64,000 nt of DNA from an uncultured delta proteobacterium (GCA_963785725.1 CAWAWS010000006.1:224001-288000); one strand, 5' to 3'; positions 51,401 to 63,630 are shown, numbered from the stretch's first letter. A program made the numbers and translations. Notes: a model not told the origin generated them from the sequence alone.

Positions 51401-52319
51401 CGACGCCGTGGCCGCGCGCGACGAGCTGGACGCGCTGCTCGCCACCGACGACAACGTCGATCTCGACACTTTGTTGACGGCGGTCAAGGCGCATCTGTTG
51501 ATGGGCGACGGCGCGGGCGCCGAAGAGCGCATCGTGCGCGCGCAAAAGCTGCCGACGGCGGTGACGGCGGCCGAGGAGCTCATCAACCTGCAGGGCCGCG
51601 CGCTCTTGGCCGAGCACAAAGCGGCTGACGCGGCGGCCTTCTTGCGCAAGGCGATCCCGCAAGCGACGCATGGCGAGACGGTGGCGACGCTGATGGAGGC
51701 CTATCTCGATCTCGATCAGCCGGACAAGGCGCAGGAAGTCGTCGTGAAATTGGCGCCGTTGAAGACGCGCGGTGGCGTCGAGATCTTGGTGTCGCGGGCG
51801 CGGCTGGCCGTCGAGCGCGGGCACGATTCGGTGGCCGAAGGCTTCGCGCAAGAGGCGCTGGCGCGGCTGCGCGGACCCCGGGCGCCGCGCGCGCTCAAGG
51901 CCGAGGCGTACATGGTGCTCGGTCGCGCGCAGTACGATCAGGGCAATTTCCGCCCGGCGCTGAAGTCGCTCAAGACGGCGACGGAGCTCGATCCGCGGTC
52001 GGCGCGCGCTTGGTATCACCTCTCGCTCGTCGAGGAAGATCTGAAGATGCTGCCCGATGCGCGCGCGGCCATGGAGTCGGCGGTGAAGTGCGATCCGCAG
52101 CTGGCCGAGGCCTACTACTACCTCGGTCGCCTGCGCGCGGCGGCGAGTGACGCGACGTCGGTCGAGGCCTATCAGAAGTACGTGGAGCTGGCGCCCAAAG
52201 GTCCGTTCGCGACCGAAGTGCGGCAGGCGCTCAAGGATGGCCCCACCGTCGCGCCGGCGACTCCGCCCGCGGCTACGCCGACCAATTCTCGGCTTCGAAA
52301 GCTTCGCCGGGGACGATGA
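48456..52319 (+). CDS. Large TPR protein: N-terminal TPRs, acidic disordered linker, one TM helix, long TPR array
   Basis: TPR-like repeats (ELDP, AYYYLG, YVELAP); TM LALLLTALIAVIAVGVATGLLV; TATAAT upstream at 48436-48441. Confidence 0.85.
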   Translation: MANDSLDFVQRGKVSIVRRQYAEAVKICRLGLLGQPSLLEGRLVLGMALTALGRWDEVLAEMRVALETDANSALAWLLKGEALVGKGDYVQAEATLKRAKELDPSNSKADQLLQEIATARAAGFEGLPAEPTDTKVYPARVSGGTDPDLGNVIVPMPMDRGELVKVPDESEDPSIEYDEPEDATEVDHDPSKRNRVQKKRDKNGKPSSVLVDFNESEDTVEDSQVATETFRPPVRDKGIGFDGPATATKDFGRAPPRPSKSHSAPTGVGRKSAQREAVVDPDQNEEDTRDEEDSTLTPAEVMRARRLPSLASDHGTGTGSGRRAVDDLPDQSEPSIVLNSNDLIAEDPSREGFPRGFAPTFETEDSEDEQTRQRRQKQVDEHAGTTPEAPEPVLARQRPRAFDPIGRPQPSFPRNSQEVATEMRGDGGVFNQAYGYEGGNGEEPGVVRVPVSRRAPRSTVMVRGNEDGSWYERPRRGLALLLTALIAVIAVGVATGLLVREWRMRARVARRHELARQKLASGNYPGFQAAELLYRQILAEREDGEARAMRARVLAQMAFEFGDAPDPAQRAVATLGDDAASTCADKKPGCEDAAEARVYLAMARGELDRAERLAQALRRKFADGASAYLAGRAELLLERPDPAGDALRAAADADPRNPLVLHGLGLAEAAGRHDERAFDAYRRALDANPNHIATIVDRALLQVDRGVDRDAARVALENVVGKFGGDSSPSQLARAFLGLAELDLARGDMEPARRELNQAAARRREGDAMLSEDLAQAFANAYMLDEAEREAKRAIAAAGRLTPKLTLAEVALRRARPQQALAVIEEAGTSRPEALVMRALASLMLGRKESARLDAEAALRVEPELVTAKVALARVDIADGHPERAQKSLDALERMPQKTPEVAAALGMVYVAEKVPDRALWWFKEALKREPLDIEARLMRAKLYHDAGQFDAAREELKLVLATNAGYAPARRELAQLALDAGDAVAARDELDALLATDDNVDLDTLLTAVKAHLLMGDGAGAEERIVRAQKLPTAVTAAEELINLQGRALLAEHKAADAAAFLRKAIPQATHGETVATLMEAYLDLDQPDKAQEVVVKLAPLKTRGGVEILVSRARLAVERGHDSVAEGFAQEALARLRGPRAPRALKAEAYMVLGRAQYDQGNFRPALKSLKTATELDPRSARAWYHLSLVEEDLKMLPDARAAMESAVKCDPQLAEAYYYLGRLRAAASDATSVEAYQKYVELAPKGPFATEVRQALKDGPTVAPATPPAATPTNSRLRKLRRGR

Positions 52320-54403
52320 GCTCGACGCCGCCGTCGGCCGGATAGCGCGCCAACGGCGCATCGCCCGTCGCGAAGAGGTGGAAGCTGAGGCTCAGCCGCT
52401 CGCCGGCGACGACGCCGAGGCGCGCGAACGGTGCGGCCAACTCCAGCGTCTTGCCGCGCGCGGACGGGCCGCCGCGATCGCGCTCGGCGAAGACGCCGTT
52501 GGCCTCTTCGTCGATGCGCACCGACGGCATCGCCGTCGTCGAGGCGCAGGCGCAGGCGGCGCTGGCCGACGGCGATCTCGATCGCCAGGCGCGCCGTCGC
52601 CAGCTCCGGCGCGCGACCGTCGCTCGGCTCGAGGCGCACGAACAGCCGCTCGCGGTCGAAGCCGAACAAGATCGTCGCCACCAGCGGGGAATCGGCCATC
52701 GCGGCGCCGCGCGGCACGCGGTAACGGCCCGCGCCCTGCCAGTCGTAGAAGCCGTGACCGCCGATGCGCGGGTGAATGAAGGCGAACGGCGCGCTGATGA
52801 CGCTGTCGGGCGCCATCCCCAGCTGCGCGACCGGATCCTCGAGCTCGTGCGGCACGCGCAGGCCCATCGCTTGATAGGCGCCGGCCAAATGCGCGCGAAA
52901 CAGCTGATCGAAGAGCGCGTCTTCCATCGAGGTGAACGGCGCGCCGAACCACCAGAACCAGTCGCTGCCTTCGGCGGCGAGCAGGCGCTCGTGCGCGGCG
53001 GCGCGGGCCTCGCCGTCGAGCCCTTCGGCGACGGCGCGGCTAAAGCGGCTGCGCGCGCGGCCGAGCAACTCCCAGGCGCGATTCTTCACCGGGTCGGCGA
53101 TCCAGATGTGAAAGTCGGAGTCGATCCACGAGCCCGAGTGCAGCCGCGACAGGTTACGTCGCGTCGGCGCTTGGTGCAGATGCTGCTCGATGCTCGCCGA
53201 GGCCAGCTGGCCATCGTTCGACAGCGCGCCGAACAGCGTGCGCAAGAACGGCTCGCCGTAGCCGGCGTACGATTCCCACGGGTTTTCGCCGTCGAGGAAG
53301 ATGGGCACGAGCGCGGGCTCGTGCGCCGGCGCGTGCGACTGCTCGGCGGCGGCGCGCGAACGGCCCAAGAGGTCCTGCACTGCGGCCTCGGCGCTGCCGT
53401 GCATGTAGGCGAAGCCGATCTTGTCGCTCAGCTCGCGATCGCGGAAGAGGAGGTCGACGCCGTTGCAGCGCCACGGCTGATAGAGAGCGCCGCGGCCGAG
53501 GTCGTGGTCGACGGAGCGCCACAAGTTGCCTTCGTCGGTGGCGAGCCAGCCGATGCCGGCGTCGGCGTAGAGCGCGAGCGCCTCGGGCGAGACCGAGCCT
53601 TCGGGCGGCCACATGCCGCGCGGCTTGTGGCCGAACGCCGCTTCGTGCGCGACTCTGGCTTTGGCGATCTGCAGCGCGCCGTCGTCGGGATGGGCGAACT
53701 CGGGCGGCAGCGTCGCGTGCGGCATGGCCCGGCGCGCATGCTCGGTGTCGACGAGCAGCGGCACGATCGGATGGTAAAACGGCGACGACGAGATCTCGAT
53801 CTGCCCGCGCTCCTCCAATTTGCGATAGAGCGGCAGCACGCGGGCACAGGCCGCCCGCTGCTTTTCCACGACCGTCGCCAGATCTTGCCGTGAATAGCCG
53901 CGCTGCTTGTGCTCGAGCGCCGCGACTTCGGCGTCGTTCTCGCGCGCCGCGAAGCCGAGCCAGCCCAAGTTGAACAGCACCGTCAGATCGCGGACGTCAC
54001 CGTCGGAGAAGCGCGCCTTGCCTTCGCGCATCGAGAGCAGCTCGCCGTAACGCGGATGGCGGCGCACGTGGCGATCCCACGGCAGCGAGAAGAAGCGCTC
54101 GACGGCAAACGCGCGCTCGACGTCGTTCCACGACTCCAGCTCGGCGATGCGCAGCCACTCGTCTTCGTGACCGGGTTTGCCGGCGGCGACGTCTTGCAGC
54201 TGCTGCACCAGCGACGGCACGAAGTTCACCGTCAGCCGAATGCGCTCGTACTCGTCGAGCAGCCGCGCCACGTCGAGGTAGCCGCGCGCGCCGTGCAGCC
54301 GCACCCACGGCAACAGCGCCCGGCCGCTGCGCGGGTCGACATATTGCGGCTGGTGCATGTGGAGCAGGAAGACGACGTTCGCCGAACGACCGGCGGCGCT
54401 CAC
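52273..54403 (-). CDS. Glycoside hydrolase family 57 (amylopullulanase-like); +1 frameshift at ~52540
   Basis: [31 protein letters not shown] and AEGSDWFWW motifs; GTGA overlap with glgC. Confidence 0.9.
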
Positions 54404-55668
54404 TCGAACTTGTAGCCCTTGGGGACGACGACGATGCCGTCGGAGATCGTGAAGCGGCGCGCGTCGGCCTCGGCGTCGTAGCCGATCTCGGTGTGCGGCG
54501 GGACGTGCACGCCTTTGTCGATGATCGCCTTGCGAATGCGGCAGTAGCGGCCGATCTCGACGTTGTCGAGGATGAGCGACTCCTCGACGTACGCGAAGCT
54601 GTTGATGCGCACCTGCGGCGACAAGACCGTGCGATCGATGCGTCCGCCGGAGATGATGCAGCCTTCGGACACGAGCGAGTCGGTGGCGATGCCCATGCGC
54701 GAGTGGCCCGAGCCGTCGCCGGGATCGGCGAACACGAACTTGGCCGGCGGCAAGGGGCGCGTCCACGTGCGCAGCGGCCAGCGCGGGTTGTAGAGGTCGA
54801 AGTCGGGCACGACCTGCGTCAGATCCATGTTCGCCTGCCAGTAGGCGCCGATGGTCCCGACGTCGCGCCAGTAGCCGCGCTCGTTGGGGTGCGATCCCGG
54901 GATCTCGTTCTGCGAGAAGTCGTAGACGTAGACGTCACGGCCGCGCGCCACCATCTCCGGCAGGATGTTGCGGCCGAAGTCGTGCGCGCTGTTGCCGCTG
55001 GCGTCGCGCGCCAATTCCTCGACGAGCGCGCCGGTCTGGAACACGTAGTTACCCATCGACGCCAGCGCCCAGCCGGGACGACCGGGCATCTCGCGCGGAT
55101 GCGCCGGCTTCTCGTCGAAGGTGACGACCTTGCCGCGATCGTCGACCTCGATGACGCCGAACGCCGTCGCCTCGGCCACCGGCACGGGAATCGCCGCCAC
55201 CGTCGCATCGGCGCGCGACTCGAGGTGCGCGTCGACCATCTGGCGCACGTCCATCTTGTACATGTGGTCGCCGCCGAAGACCGCGACGTGATCGGGATTC
55301 TCGTCGGTGATGACGTTGAGCGACTGATGGATGGCGTCGGCCGAGCCCTTGAACCACGAGCCGCCGGTGCGCTGCTGCGCGGGCACGACCTCGACGTACA
55401 GATCGAGAAACGCCGGCAAACGCCAGCCGCGCGCGATATGCGTGTTCAGCGAGTCCGACTTGTACTGCGTCAGCACCTTGATCTGCAGCAGCCCCGAGTT
55501 GACGAAGTTCGACAACACGAAGTCGATGAGCCGATAACGCCCGGCCATCGGCACCGCCGGCTTGGCGCGATCGGCCGTCAGCGGCCAGAGGCGACGGCCT
55601 TCGCCGCCGGCGAGAACGATGGCGAGCACATGGGCTCGATGCGAGTGCGAGCTGAACGGAGTCGGCAT
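54400..55668 (-). CDS. glgC: Glucose-1-phosphate adenylyltransferase
   Basis: [34 protein letters not shown] and YWRDVGT motifs. Confidence 0.96.
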   Translation of the reverse strand: MPTPFSSHSHRAHVLAIVLAGGEGRRLWPLTADRAKPAVPMAGRYRLIDFVLSNFVNSGLLQIKVLTQYKSDSLNTHIARGWRLPAFLDLYVEVVPAQQRTGGSWFKGSADAIHQSLNVITDENPDHVAVFGGDHMYKMDVRQMVDAHLESRADATVAAIPVPVAEATAFGVIEVDDRGKVVTFDEKPAHPREMPGRPGWALASMGNYVFQTGALVEELARDASGNSAHDFGRNILPEMVARGRDVYVYDFSQNEIPGSHPNERGYWRDVGTIGAYWQANMDLTQVVPDFDLYNPRWPLRTWTRPLPPAKFVFADPGDGSGHSRMGIATDSLVSEGCIISGGRIDRTVLSPQVRINSFAYVEESLILDNVEIGRYCRIRKAIIDKGVHVPPHTEIGYDAEADARRFTISDGIVVVPKGYKFE

Positions 55669-55682
55669 GTCGACCGCGTAGC

Positions 55683-57191
55683 TTAGTGTTTGAAGTAGTA
55701 AATCGCCATACCCGCCGATGCGAGCACCAGCATAAGCACGACGACCACGACCGCCACTTGGGTCGTCGCCGGCTTGCGCTTGGGCTTGGTCGACGCGGGC
55801 GCGTCCTGCACCATCGCCGACAGCCGGCCGCTCGTTTGCATCGAGGTCGGCTTCGGCTGCGTCACCGGCAGCGACGGTGGAGTCGGCGTCGGCGGGCGGC
55901 GGCGCTCTTGCGTCGGCTGCTCGCCGCCGCCGTCGCCTTCGAGCAGCTGCTCGAGACCGTGCGAGCCGGTGTCGTCCTTGTTCTCTTTGGCGAACGGATC
56001 TTTGCGTCGTTTGCCGTCGCCGGCGCCGTTACGGCCGGGGCTGGCCGCTTTGCGCTGCTCGGCCGGCGCGTCGTCGGCCCAGCCGCGCGTGTCGACGAAC
56101 AGACCCGGATCGAGCGGCGCGTCACCGACCGATCCCGGCGTCGGCGACTGCTGCTGCGAGCCCGGCTCGGGCTCGCCCAGCTCTTCGAGCGACGTGAACT
56201 TCAGGATCTCTTCGTTGATCAGCGTGTCGATCAGGTTACCGACGGGCTGCGCTTTGGGCTGCGTCCGCTGTTTCTCGCGCAGACACGACGCCACCAGCTG
56301 CTCGATGTCGCGCGACGTGACCTTGAGCCGCTGCGAAAAGAGGAACTGCGCCAGCGCATCCTGCAGATCGCCCGCGCTCTGGAAACGCTGGCTGACATCG
56401 CGCGCCAACGCCTTGCGCACGATCTGCTCGAGCTCGCCCGACACTTCGGGATTTTGCGGCGAAATCGGCGGCACTTTGGCCTGCCGCACCAACTCTACCG
56501 TCTGATAATCGGTCTCGCCGTAGAAGAGGCGCTTGCCCGTCAACAGCTCGTACAACAGGATGCCGACGGCGAAAATATCGGCGCGCCGATCGACCTCTTT
56601 GCCCGACGCCGCTTCCGGCGACAGGTACGAGAACTTGCCTTTGACGACGCCCGGATCGGTCGACTCGAGCTGCGACGTCGCCTTGGCGAGGCCGAAGTCC
56701 ACCAGCTTCACCTCGCCGCGCTTACTGACGAGGATGTTCGGCGGCGAGATATCGCGGTGGACGATGCCGAGCTCGCGGCCGTTCTCGGGATCGATGGCGT
56801 CGTGCGCGTACTGCAAGCCCTTGCACACTTCCATCATGATGTAGATGGTGTGCGCGACGGTCATGCGCGCCGACTGACGCCGCATCGACTCGATCAGCGT
56901 CTTCATGTTGGCGCCGTCGACGAACTCCATGACGATGAAATAGGCGGTGTCCGCCATTCCAATGTCGAAGACGCCGACGATGTTCGCGTGCTGCAGGTGC
57001 ATCGACACGCGCGCCTCGTCGAGGAACATCGAGACGAACTTTTTGTTCTTCGTGAGGTTGGGCAGAATGCGCTTGATCGCGACGGACTTCTTCAGTCCGC
57101 CGACGGCGCTTTCCGCCACGCCACGGTAGACCTCCGCCATGCCGCCGGCGTCGATCTTGTCCGTGATTCTGTATCGCTGGTTATCGGGCAT
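55683..57191 (-). CDS. Ser/Thr protein kinase with C-terminal TM anchor
   Basis: [30 protein letters not shown] motifs; terminal hydrophobic helix. Confidence 0.93.
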   Translation of the reverse strand: MPDNQRYRITDKIDAGGMAEVYRGVAESAVGGLKKSVAIKRILPNLTKNKKFVSMFLDEARVSMHLQHANIVGVFDIGMADTAYFIVMEFVDGANMKTLIESMRRQSARMTVAHTIYIMMEVCKGLQYAHDAIDPENGRELGIVHRDISPPNILVSKRGEVKLVDFGLAKATSQLESTDPGVVKGKFSYLSPEAASGKEVDRRADIFAVGILLYELLTGKRLFYGETDYQTVELVRQAKVPPISPQNPEVSGELEQIVRKALARDVSQRFQSAGDLQDALAQFLFSQRLKVTSRDIEQLVASCLREKQRTQPKAQPVGNLIDTLINEEILKFTSLEELGEPEPGSQQQSPTPGSVGDAPLDPGLFVDTRGWADDAPAEQRKAASPGRNGAGDGKRRKDPFAKENKDDTGSHGLEQLLEGDGGGEQPTQERRRPPTPTPPSLPVTQPKPTSMQTSGRLSAMVQDAPASTKPKRKPATTQVAVVVVVLMLVLASAGMAIYYFKH

Positions 57192-57267
57192 CCGCGCGCT
57201 GCCGAGCGGATCGATCATAACATGGGAGGCGGGTGAAGCAAAAGGGCGCCGTCAGCTGCAATCGATC

Positions 57268-57315
57268 TTCTGTGGGGGCTTCTGTGGTGGCTCCCGTGAC
57301 GGCTTCCGTGGCGGG
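57268..57315. repeat. Four imperfect 12-bp tandem repeats (TTCTGTGGNGGC-like)
   Basis: ttctgtgggggc ttctgtggtggc tcccgtgacggc ttccgtggcggg. Confidence 0.55.
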
Positions 57316-57333
57316 GTGGGGCCGGGGCAACTT

Positions 57334-57777
57334 TTAATCCTCCGACCCTCCGCCGAGCTCTTCGCCCCCGCCGATCTCGTCGCGGGAGACGCTGCCCGAA
57401 CGGCCGGCCGCCTGAGCTTGCGTAGCCTCTTCCTTTTCGCGCTCTTCCTTGCAGTCGATGCACAGCGTCGTGACCGGTCGGGCCAATAGACGCTTGAAGC
57501 CGATGGTCTCGGCGCAGTCCTCGCACTCGTCGATGATGCCTTCGTCGAGCCGGCGGAGCGAGCCGTCGATCTTGCCGAGGAGGAACTTCTCGCGGTCGCG
57601 CAAGCGCAGCTCGGTCGAGAAGATCTCCTCTTCCATGGATTCGTCGATAGAGTCGCGGCCGATATTGCGTTCGCGATTCATACTGAATTGCAGTCCGTCC
57701 TTCGCGTTCTCGATCAAGCGGGCGCGTTCGGCCTCGAGCACCGTGCGCAATTGCGTTTTCTGGCTCTCGTTGAGCAT
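57334..57777 (-). CDS. dksA: DksA/TraR-family C4 zinc-finger RNA polymerase-binding protein
   Basis: Coiled coil with DSIDES tip; CEDC..IGFKRLLARPVTTLCIDC zinc finger. Confidence 0.88.
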   Translation of the reverse strand: MLNESQKTQLRTVLEAERARLIENAKDGLQFSMNRERNIGRDSIDESMEEEIFSTELRLRDREKFLLGKIDGSLRRLDEGIIDECEDCAETIGFKRLLARPVTTLCIDCKEEREKEEATQAQAAGRSGSVSRDEIGGGEELGGGSED

Positions 57778-57900
57778 GACCCCCAGGATATAGAGCGCCG
57801 CCGAGCACAGTCAACGACTCATACGTCTGGTTTTGCACACACATGGGATAAGCAAGCATGAACGTACACGCGGCCTTATGTTCGTCGGGCGTGTGCGGCG

Positions 57901-58350
57901 TTGAGTAAGGCGTTCACCAAAGAGGGCGACGGCGGCGGCGAAGAGACCGTGCTTCCCGTCGACGAATGGCCGGCGGGCGTGAAGAACTACGTGACGCCCG
58001 CGGGGATGGCCGCGCTGCGCGCCGCGATCGAGTCGACGAGCGACGCTCGGCGCAAAGCGGCGCTGGTGCAGCGGCTCGAAGCCGCCGAAGTCATAGACCC
58101 GTCTAGCTTTGTGGCGGACGGTGACGGGCGCGCGCGCTTCGGCGCGACCATCACGATCGAAGACGACGACGGCCACGCGCGCGACGTGCGGATCGTCGGT
58201 GTCGATGAAGCGGCGCCGGCGCGCGGCTGGGTCAGCTGGCGCTCGCCGATCGCGCGCGCTCTGCTTGGCCGCGCGGTCGGCGAGACGACGACGCTGCGCA
58301 CGCCCGCCGGCACGCAAGAGCTGACGCTGATCCAAATTCGCTACGAGTAG
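57901..58350 (+). CDS. GreA/GreB-family protein with shortened coiled coil
   Basis: MSKAFTKE, NYVTPAG, RFGATI, IVGVDEA and [13 protein letters not shown] motifs. Confidence 0.85.
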   Translation: MSKAFTKEGDGGGEETVLPVDEWPAGVKNYVTPAGMAALRAAIESTSDARRKAALVQRLEAAEVIDPSSFVADGDGRARFGATITIEDDDGHARDVRIVGVDEAAPARGWVSWRSPIARALLGRAVGETTTLRTPAGTQELTLIQIRYE

Positions 58351-58437
58351 CGCGCGAAAAGAGAACCTTCGCCGCGACCGCGGTTGCGACCGGAGCGAAA
58401 GCGATTGCCGAGAATGAAGTGAGCGGTGAAGCGGGGA

Positions 58438-59656
<1,219 letters not shown>

Positions 59657-59743
59657 CACGAACCATTCTTCCACAGCAAGGTTGCCTGCGCCAGCGCAAC
59701 TTTCGGCACACAATGCGCGCCGTCAGCAGATATAATGCAGTGC

Positions 59744-60553
59744 GTGAAAGTGTTGCTGATCACGTTGACCCCCGAGCGCGCGGCTGCGGAGCCCGAATCG
59801 CCAGCGTCCGCGCTGCGCGATCTAGGCTGCGATGTTCGCTCATTCGGCTTTGATCTCGGCTTCGACGAAGACGACTTGAGCAAAGATCCACCGCAAGTGC
59901 TCGTCCTGGACGCGCGCGAACGGCTGGAGATGGCTTATGCCACGCTCAAAACGCTCCGCGAGCTCCCACCTTTGCAGTCGACGCCGGTGTTGGTGGCGGT
60001 GACGACGCAGCGTCTGTCGTCGCTCGATTTTCGCGCCGGCGACGACTTCATCCTGGTCCCGGTCGTACCGGCGGAGCTGTATGCCCGCCTACGACAGCTG
60101 GACTGGCGCTTCGCGGCGTTCAGCGCCGCCGATCGGGTCAAGGTCGGCGATCTGGAGATCGATGTGAGCGGCTACGAGGCCCATGTCCGCGATCGCAAGC
60201 TCGATCTGACGCACCAAGAGTTCGAGCTCTTGAAGTTCCTGGCGACCAATCGCGGCAAGGTCTGGACGCGCGAGCAGCTGCTCGCCAAAGTCTGGGGCTA
60301 CCGCTACTTCGGCGGCACGCGCACGGTCGACATTCACGTGCGTCGCCTGCGCGCCAAGCTCGGCTCGCCCGCCGATTCGATGATCGAGACCGTCCGCAAC
60401 GTCGGCTACAAGCTGGTCGATCCCGTCGTCGGCGCGCCCGAAGCCGGCGCTCGGCCGCGTGGTCGAGTAGTCACACACCCGCCGCGAACGCGACAAGCTG
60501 CGCATGGTTGGATGCGCGCCGGCGATGTCGCGCAAATCAGTCAGGAACGATGA
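59744..60553 (+). CDS. OmpR-family regulator with degenerate receiver and GlnR-like winged helix
   Basis: LTHQEFELL, VWGYRYFGGTRTVDIHVRRLRAKLG, IETVRNVGY; receiver lacks the usual DD and KP motifs. Confidence 0.85.
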   Translation: MKVLLITLTPERAAAEPESPASALRDLGCDVRSFGFDLGFDEDDLSKDPPQVLVLDARERLEMAYATLKTLRELPPLQSTPVLVAVTTQRLSSLDFRAGDDFILVPVVPAELYARLRQLDWRFAAFSAADRVKVGDLEIDVSGYEAHVRDRKLDLTHQEFELLKFLATNRGKVWTREQLLAKVWGYRYFGGTRTVDIHVRRLRAKLGSPADSMIETVRNVGYKLVDPVVGAPEAGARPRGRVVTHPPRTRQAAHGWMRAGDVAQISQER

Positions 60554-61085
60554 AGTCGAGGGCGCGGCAGTGGGGCGCGTCGAAGGTGCCGTCGATGGTG
60601 ACGGCGTCGACGGCGAAGTGCAGGCTGCCGTCGACCATGCCGGCGCCGGCGATGACCGTGCCGCCGTCGAGGTCGTAGCCGCCGTATTGGTCGTCGTCGA
60701 CCGTGAGCGTGGCCGAGCCGCTGCCGCCGAGCGTGCCGTCGAGATCGGGGCCGCGCCGTGCGCTGACTTCGGTGCTCATCGCGCCGGTGCCGCGGTCGTG
60801 AAAGAGGAAGCTCAGCGTGTCCAGCCCGGCCGCCGGCTGCGCGCAGTCGAACGCCGGATCGACGGCCGTGACGACCAGATACGTGCCCGGCGGCCCGTCG
60901 TCATTGAGCGGCTGCACGTAGAAGCTGTACCAAGCGGCCATCGGACGAACCCGCCCAGCAACGGTGAGCGTGAGCGTGGCCCCGCTGATGTCGCTGACGG
61001 CACTCAGGTCTGCGGGTGTGACAGAGTCCGCGTGGCACCCAGAAAGACCGAGCGCGATCGCGCAGGCGACGCCGAATTCGCGCAC
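60537..61085 (-). CDS. Hypothetical lipoprotein
   Basis: LSGC lipobox; beta-rich body ending GTFDAPHC. Confidence 0.65.
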   Translation of the reverse strand: MREFGVACAIALGLSGCHADSVTPADLSAVSDISGATLTLTVAGRVRPMAAWYSFYVQPLNDDGPPGTYLVVTAVDPAFDCAQPAAGLDTLSFLFHDRGTGAMSTEVSARRGPDLDGTLGGSGSATLTVDDDQYGGYDLDGGTVIAGAGMVDGSLHFAVDAVTIDGTFDAPHCRALDFIVPD

Positions 61086-61122
61086 CGACGGACCATAGCA
61101 CGCCACTAGCATGGGAGATTTG

Positions 61123-62538
61123 ATGAAGCGCGCCGTCCTCGTTTTACTCTTCGGCTTCGGCTGCAGCGTCGGCGGCTGCTCCTCGCATGATGGCGGAACG
61201 CCGGTCGGCGGCGGCGGCGGCACGGCCGGCGGCGGCGGCAGCGGTGGCAGCGGCACCGGCGGCGGCGGCGCGGTCGACGGCGGCAGCGGCGACGGTGGCA
61301 CGGTCGGCGATCCGACGACGAATCCGCCGCCGGGCGGCGTCTACCCCATCGATCACATCATCATTCACGTCAAAGAGAACCATACGTTCGACAACTACTT
61401 CGGGACATTCCCGGGCGCCGAAGGCACGCAGATCGCGCAGACGTCGACGGGGCCGGTCGCCGTCGGACGGCCGCCGGTGCTGATGACGCGCGATCTCTGC
61501 CACACGCACGACTGCGCGCTCACCGATTGGGATCACGGCGCGCTCGATCATTGGGATCTCGGTGACAGCGAGAACACGGCGCACGATCAGCTCAACTTCG
61601 CGCAATATATCGAAGCGGACATCCCCAATTATTGGCAGTACGCGCGCAACTTCGGGCTCGCCGATCACTTCTTCGCCGGCATGCTCGGGCCCTCGTTTCC
61701 CGGCCATCTGTTCACGCTGTCGGCGCAGGCGGGCTGGGCGCTCGGCAACCCGGTGCCGCCGACGGGCTCGCTGGTGCCGCAGATCTTTTGGGGCTGCGAC
61801 GACGCCAGCGGCACGGCGCTGTCGACGCTCGATCACGGCACGTGCACGATCGCGACGAACTCGCCCTGCTTCGACTACCCGACCATCGTCGACAACTTGC
61901 CCAAAGGTCTGACGTGGAAGTTCTACGGCTCGTCGCTGCCGCCGGCGATCGGCGAGATCTGGTCGATGTTCGACGCCATCCAGCACATTCGCATGAGCGC
62001 CGAGTGGCAGGCCAACGTCGTCGACAACTCGGAGTTCGACAGCGACGCCGACGCGGGCACGCTGCCGAACATCGCCTTCCTCGTCGACCAGGATCTGGCC
62101 AGCGAGCATCCGCCGCTCAACATTTGCGACGGCGAGAACTGGACCGTCGCGCACATGAACCACGTCATGGCCAACAGCGACTTGTGGGCGCGCACGGCGA
62201 TCTTGATGACGTGGGACGACTTCGGCGGCTGGTACGACCACGTGCCGCCGCCGAAGCAGTACGGCTGCGACGAGGATCAGCCGTACGGTCTCGGCTTCCG
62301 CTTGCCGCTCATCGTCGTGTCGCCGTATGCGAAGCCGGGCGTGTACTCGCGGGTGTCGAGCCACGCGTCGATCCCGAAGTTCGTCGAGCGCGTGTTCGGG
62401 CTGCCGTCGCTGTCGTCGCAGGATCCGGCGGCGCAGGATGGTCCCGGCACCGACGACTTGACCGCCGCCTTCGACTGGACGCAGCCGCCGTTGCCGCCCT
62501 TGCCGCTGACGACGCGCAGCTGCACCGGCCAGCGCTAG
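61123..62538 (+). CDS. Phosphoesterase-family (phospholipase C / acid phosphatase-like) probable lipoprotein
   Basis: KENHTFDNYFG, GPSFPGH, SEHP, TWDDFGGWYDHV and GFRLPLIVVSPYAK motifs. Confidence 0.9.
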   Translation: MKRAVLVLLFGFGCSVGGCSSHDGGTPVGGGGGTAGGGGSGGSGTGGGGAVDGGSGDGGTVGDPTTNPPPGGVYPIDHIIIHVKENHTFDNYFGTFPGAEGTQIAQTSTGPVAVGRPPVLMTRDLCHTHDCALTDWDHGALDHWDLGDSENTAHDQLNFAQYIEADIPNYWQYARNFGLADHFFAGMLGPSFPGHLFTLSAQAGWALGNPVPPTGSLVPQIFWGCDDASGTALSTLDHGTCTIATNSPCFDYPTIVDNLPKGLTWKFYGSSLPPAIGEIWSMFDAIQHIRMSAEWQANVVDNSEFDSDADAGTLPNIAFLVDQDLASEHPPLNICDGENWTVAHMNHVMANSDLWARTAILMTWDDFGGWYDHVPPPKQYGCDEDQPYGLGFRLPLIVVSPYAKPGVYSRVSSHASIPKFVERVFGLPSLSSQDPAAQDGPGTDDLTAAFDWTQPPLPPLPLTTRSCTGQR

Positions 62539-62566
62539 CCTCTACAGCCGCTACCGATTCCGCCGA

Positions 62567-63601
62567 TTACGGATGGGCCGCGCCGAGGTCGGGCGTCGGC
62601 TTGGCCGCGGCCGGCGTCTTCGTCGACCCGGCCGACGGCGGCGTCGTCGCGGGCGGCGTCGGCTCCTTCTTCGGCGGCGGCGCTGGCTCGCAGACCGGAC
62701 GCGCCAAGAGCAGCTTCAGCTTGGCGTCGACTTCGGCTTGCGCGGCGTCGATCTTGGCCAGATCGGCGTCGAGCTTGGCGTCGTGGGTCGAGCGCTCGCT
62801 GCGGTTGCGCGCGATCGTCTCGTCGAGCGCGTGCAGGCTGGCCGGCAGCATCTTGAGCGCCGTCAGATCGCTCGACAGCGACGACAACCCCTTTTGCACC
62901 AGCGCCGTCTGCTCTTGAATCTGCTTCGTCGTCTCGTCGCTGCGCAGAAGATAGCTGTTGACGATCTTGCCCTGTTTATCGAGCGCCGAGTTCATCGTCG
63001 TCATCATCTCGCGCGCCTTTTCCTGCTCTTCGGGCGGCAGCTTGTCGACGAGCGCGCGAATGTCGCCGGCGGTCGACTGAATCGACGCCAAGTTGCGCTT
63101 TTGCTCGGCGAGCACGCCCTGCTCTTCCGACGTCGCCAGCGCCAAGTGGCAGAACTGCAGCATCTGCAGCGCGCGCTCGGAGGCTCGCTTGTCGACGTCC
63201 AAGTAGATGTAGAGACCGCCGGCGGCCAGCAGCAAGAGGAGCGTGCCACCGACGATGGCGAAGAAGCGCAGCGGGCTTTGGCGCGTGCGCTCGAGGGCGG
63301 CGCGCAGCCGTTCGGCGAGCGGCTTCTCGTGATCCTGCTTGCGCGCGCGGACGAGGACGAGCGCTTTTTCGGCGTTGGACGCGGCGGCCAACAGCACGAC
63401 GACGATGGTGACGACGGCGAACCACGGCTGGCGCGACTGAATGCGCTGCGCGACCGTGGCTTGGCGCGCCTCGACCTCGCCCAACGTGACCGGCTGGCCG
63501 TCGATGAGGCAGCGATCGTTGTCGTACTGGATGTGGCCGGGTCCGCTGCAGCCGGCCAGGCCGACGACGAGGAGCGCGACGCTGAACGCGCGACGAATCA
63601 T
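62567..63601 (-). CDS. Hypothetical lipobox-bearing membrane protein with coiled coil and Pro-rich tail
   Basis: LAGC lipobox, two further hydrophobic helices, heptad-rich region. Confidence 0.7.
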   Translation of the reverse strand: MIRRAFSVALLVVGLAGCSGPGHIQYDNDRCLIDGQPVTLGEVEARQATVAQRIQSRQPWFAVVTIVVVLLAAASNAEKALVLVRARKQDHEKPLAERLRAALERTRQSPLRFFAIVGGTLLLLLAAGGLYIYLDVDKRASERALQMLQFCHLALATSEEQGVLAEQKRNLASIQSTAGDIRALVDKLPPEEQEKAREMMTTMNSALDKQGKIVNSYLLRSDETTKQIQEQTALVQKGLSSLSSDLTALKMLPASLHALDETIARNRSERSTHDAKLDADLAKIDAAQAEVDAKLKLLLARPVCEPAPPPKKEPTPPATTPPSAGSTKTPAAAKPTPDLGAAHP

Positions 63602-63630
63602 GGCGTGGATGATAGCAGCCCGATTCGAGG

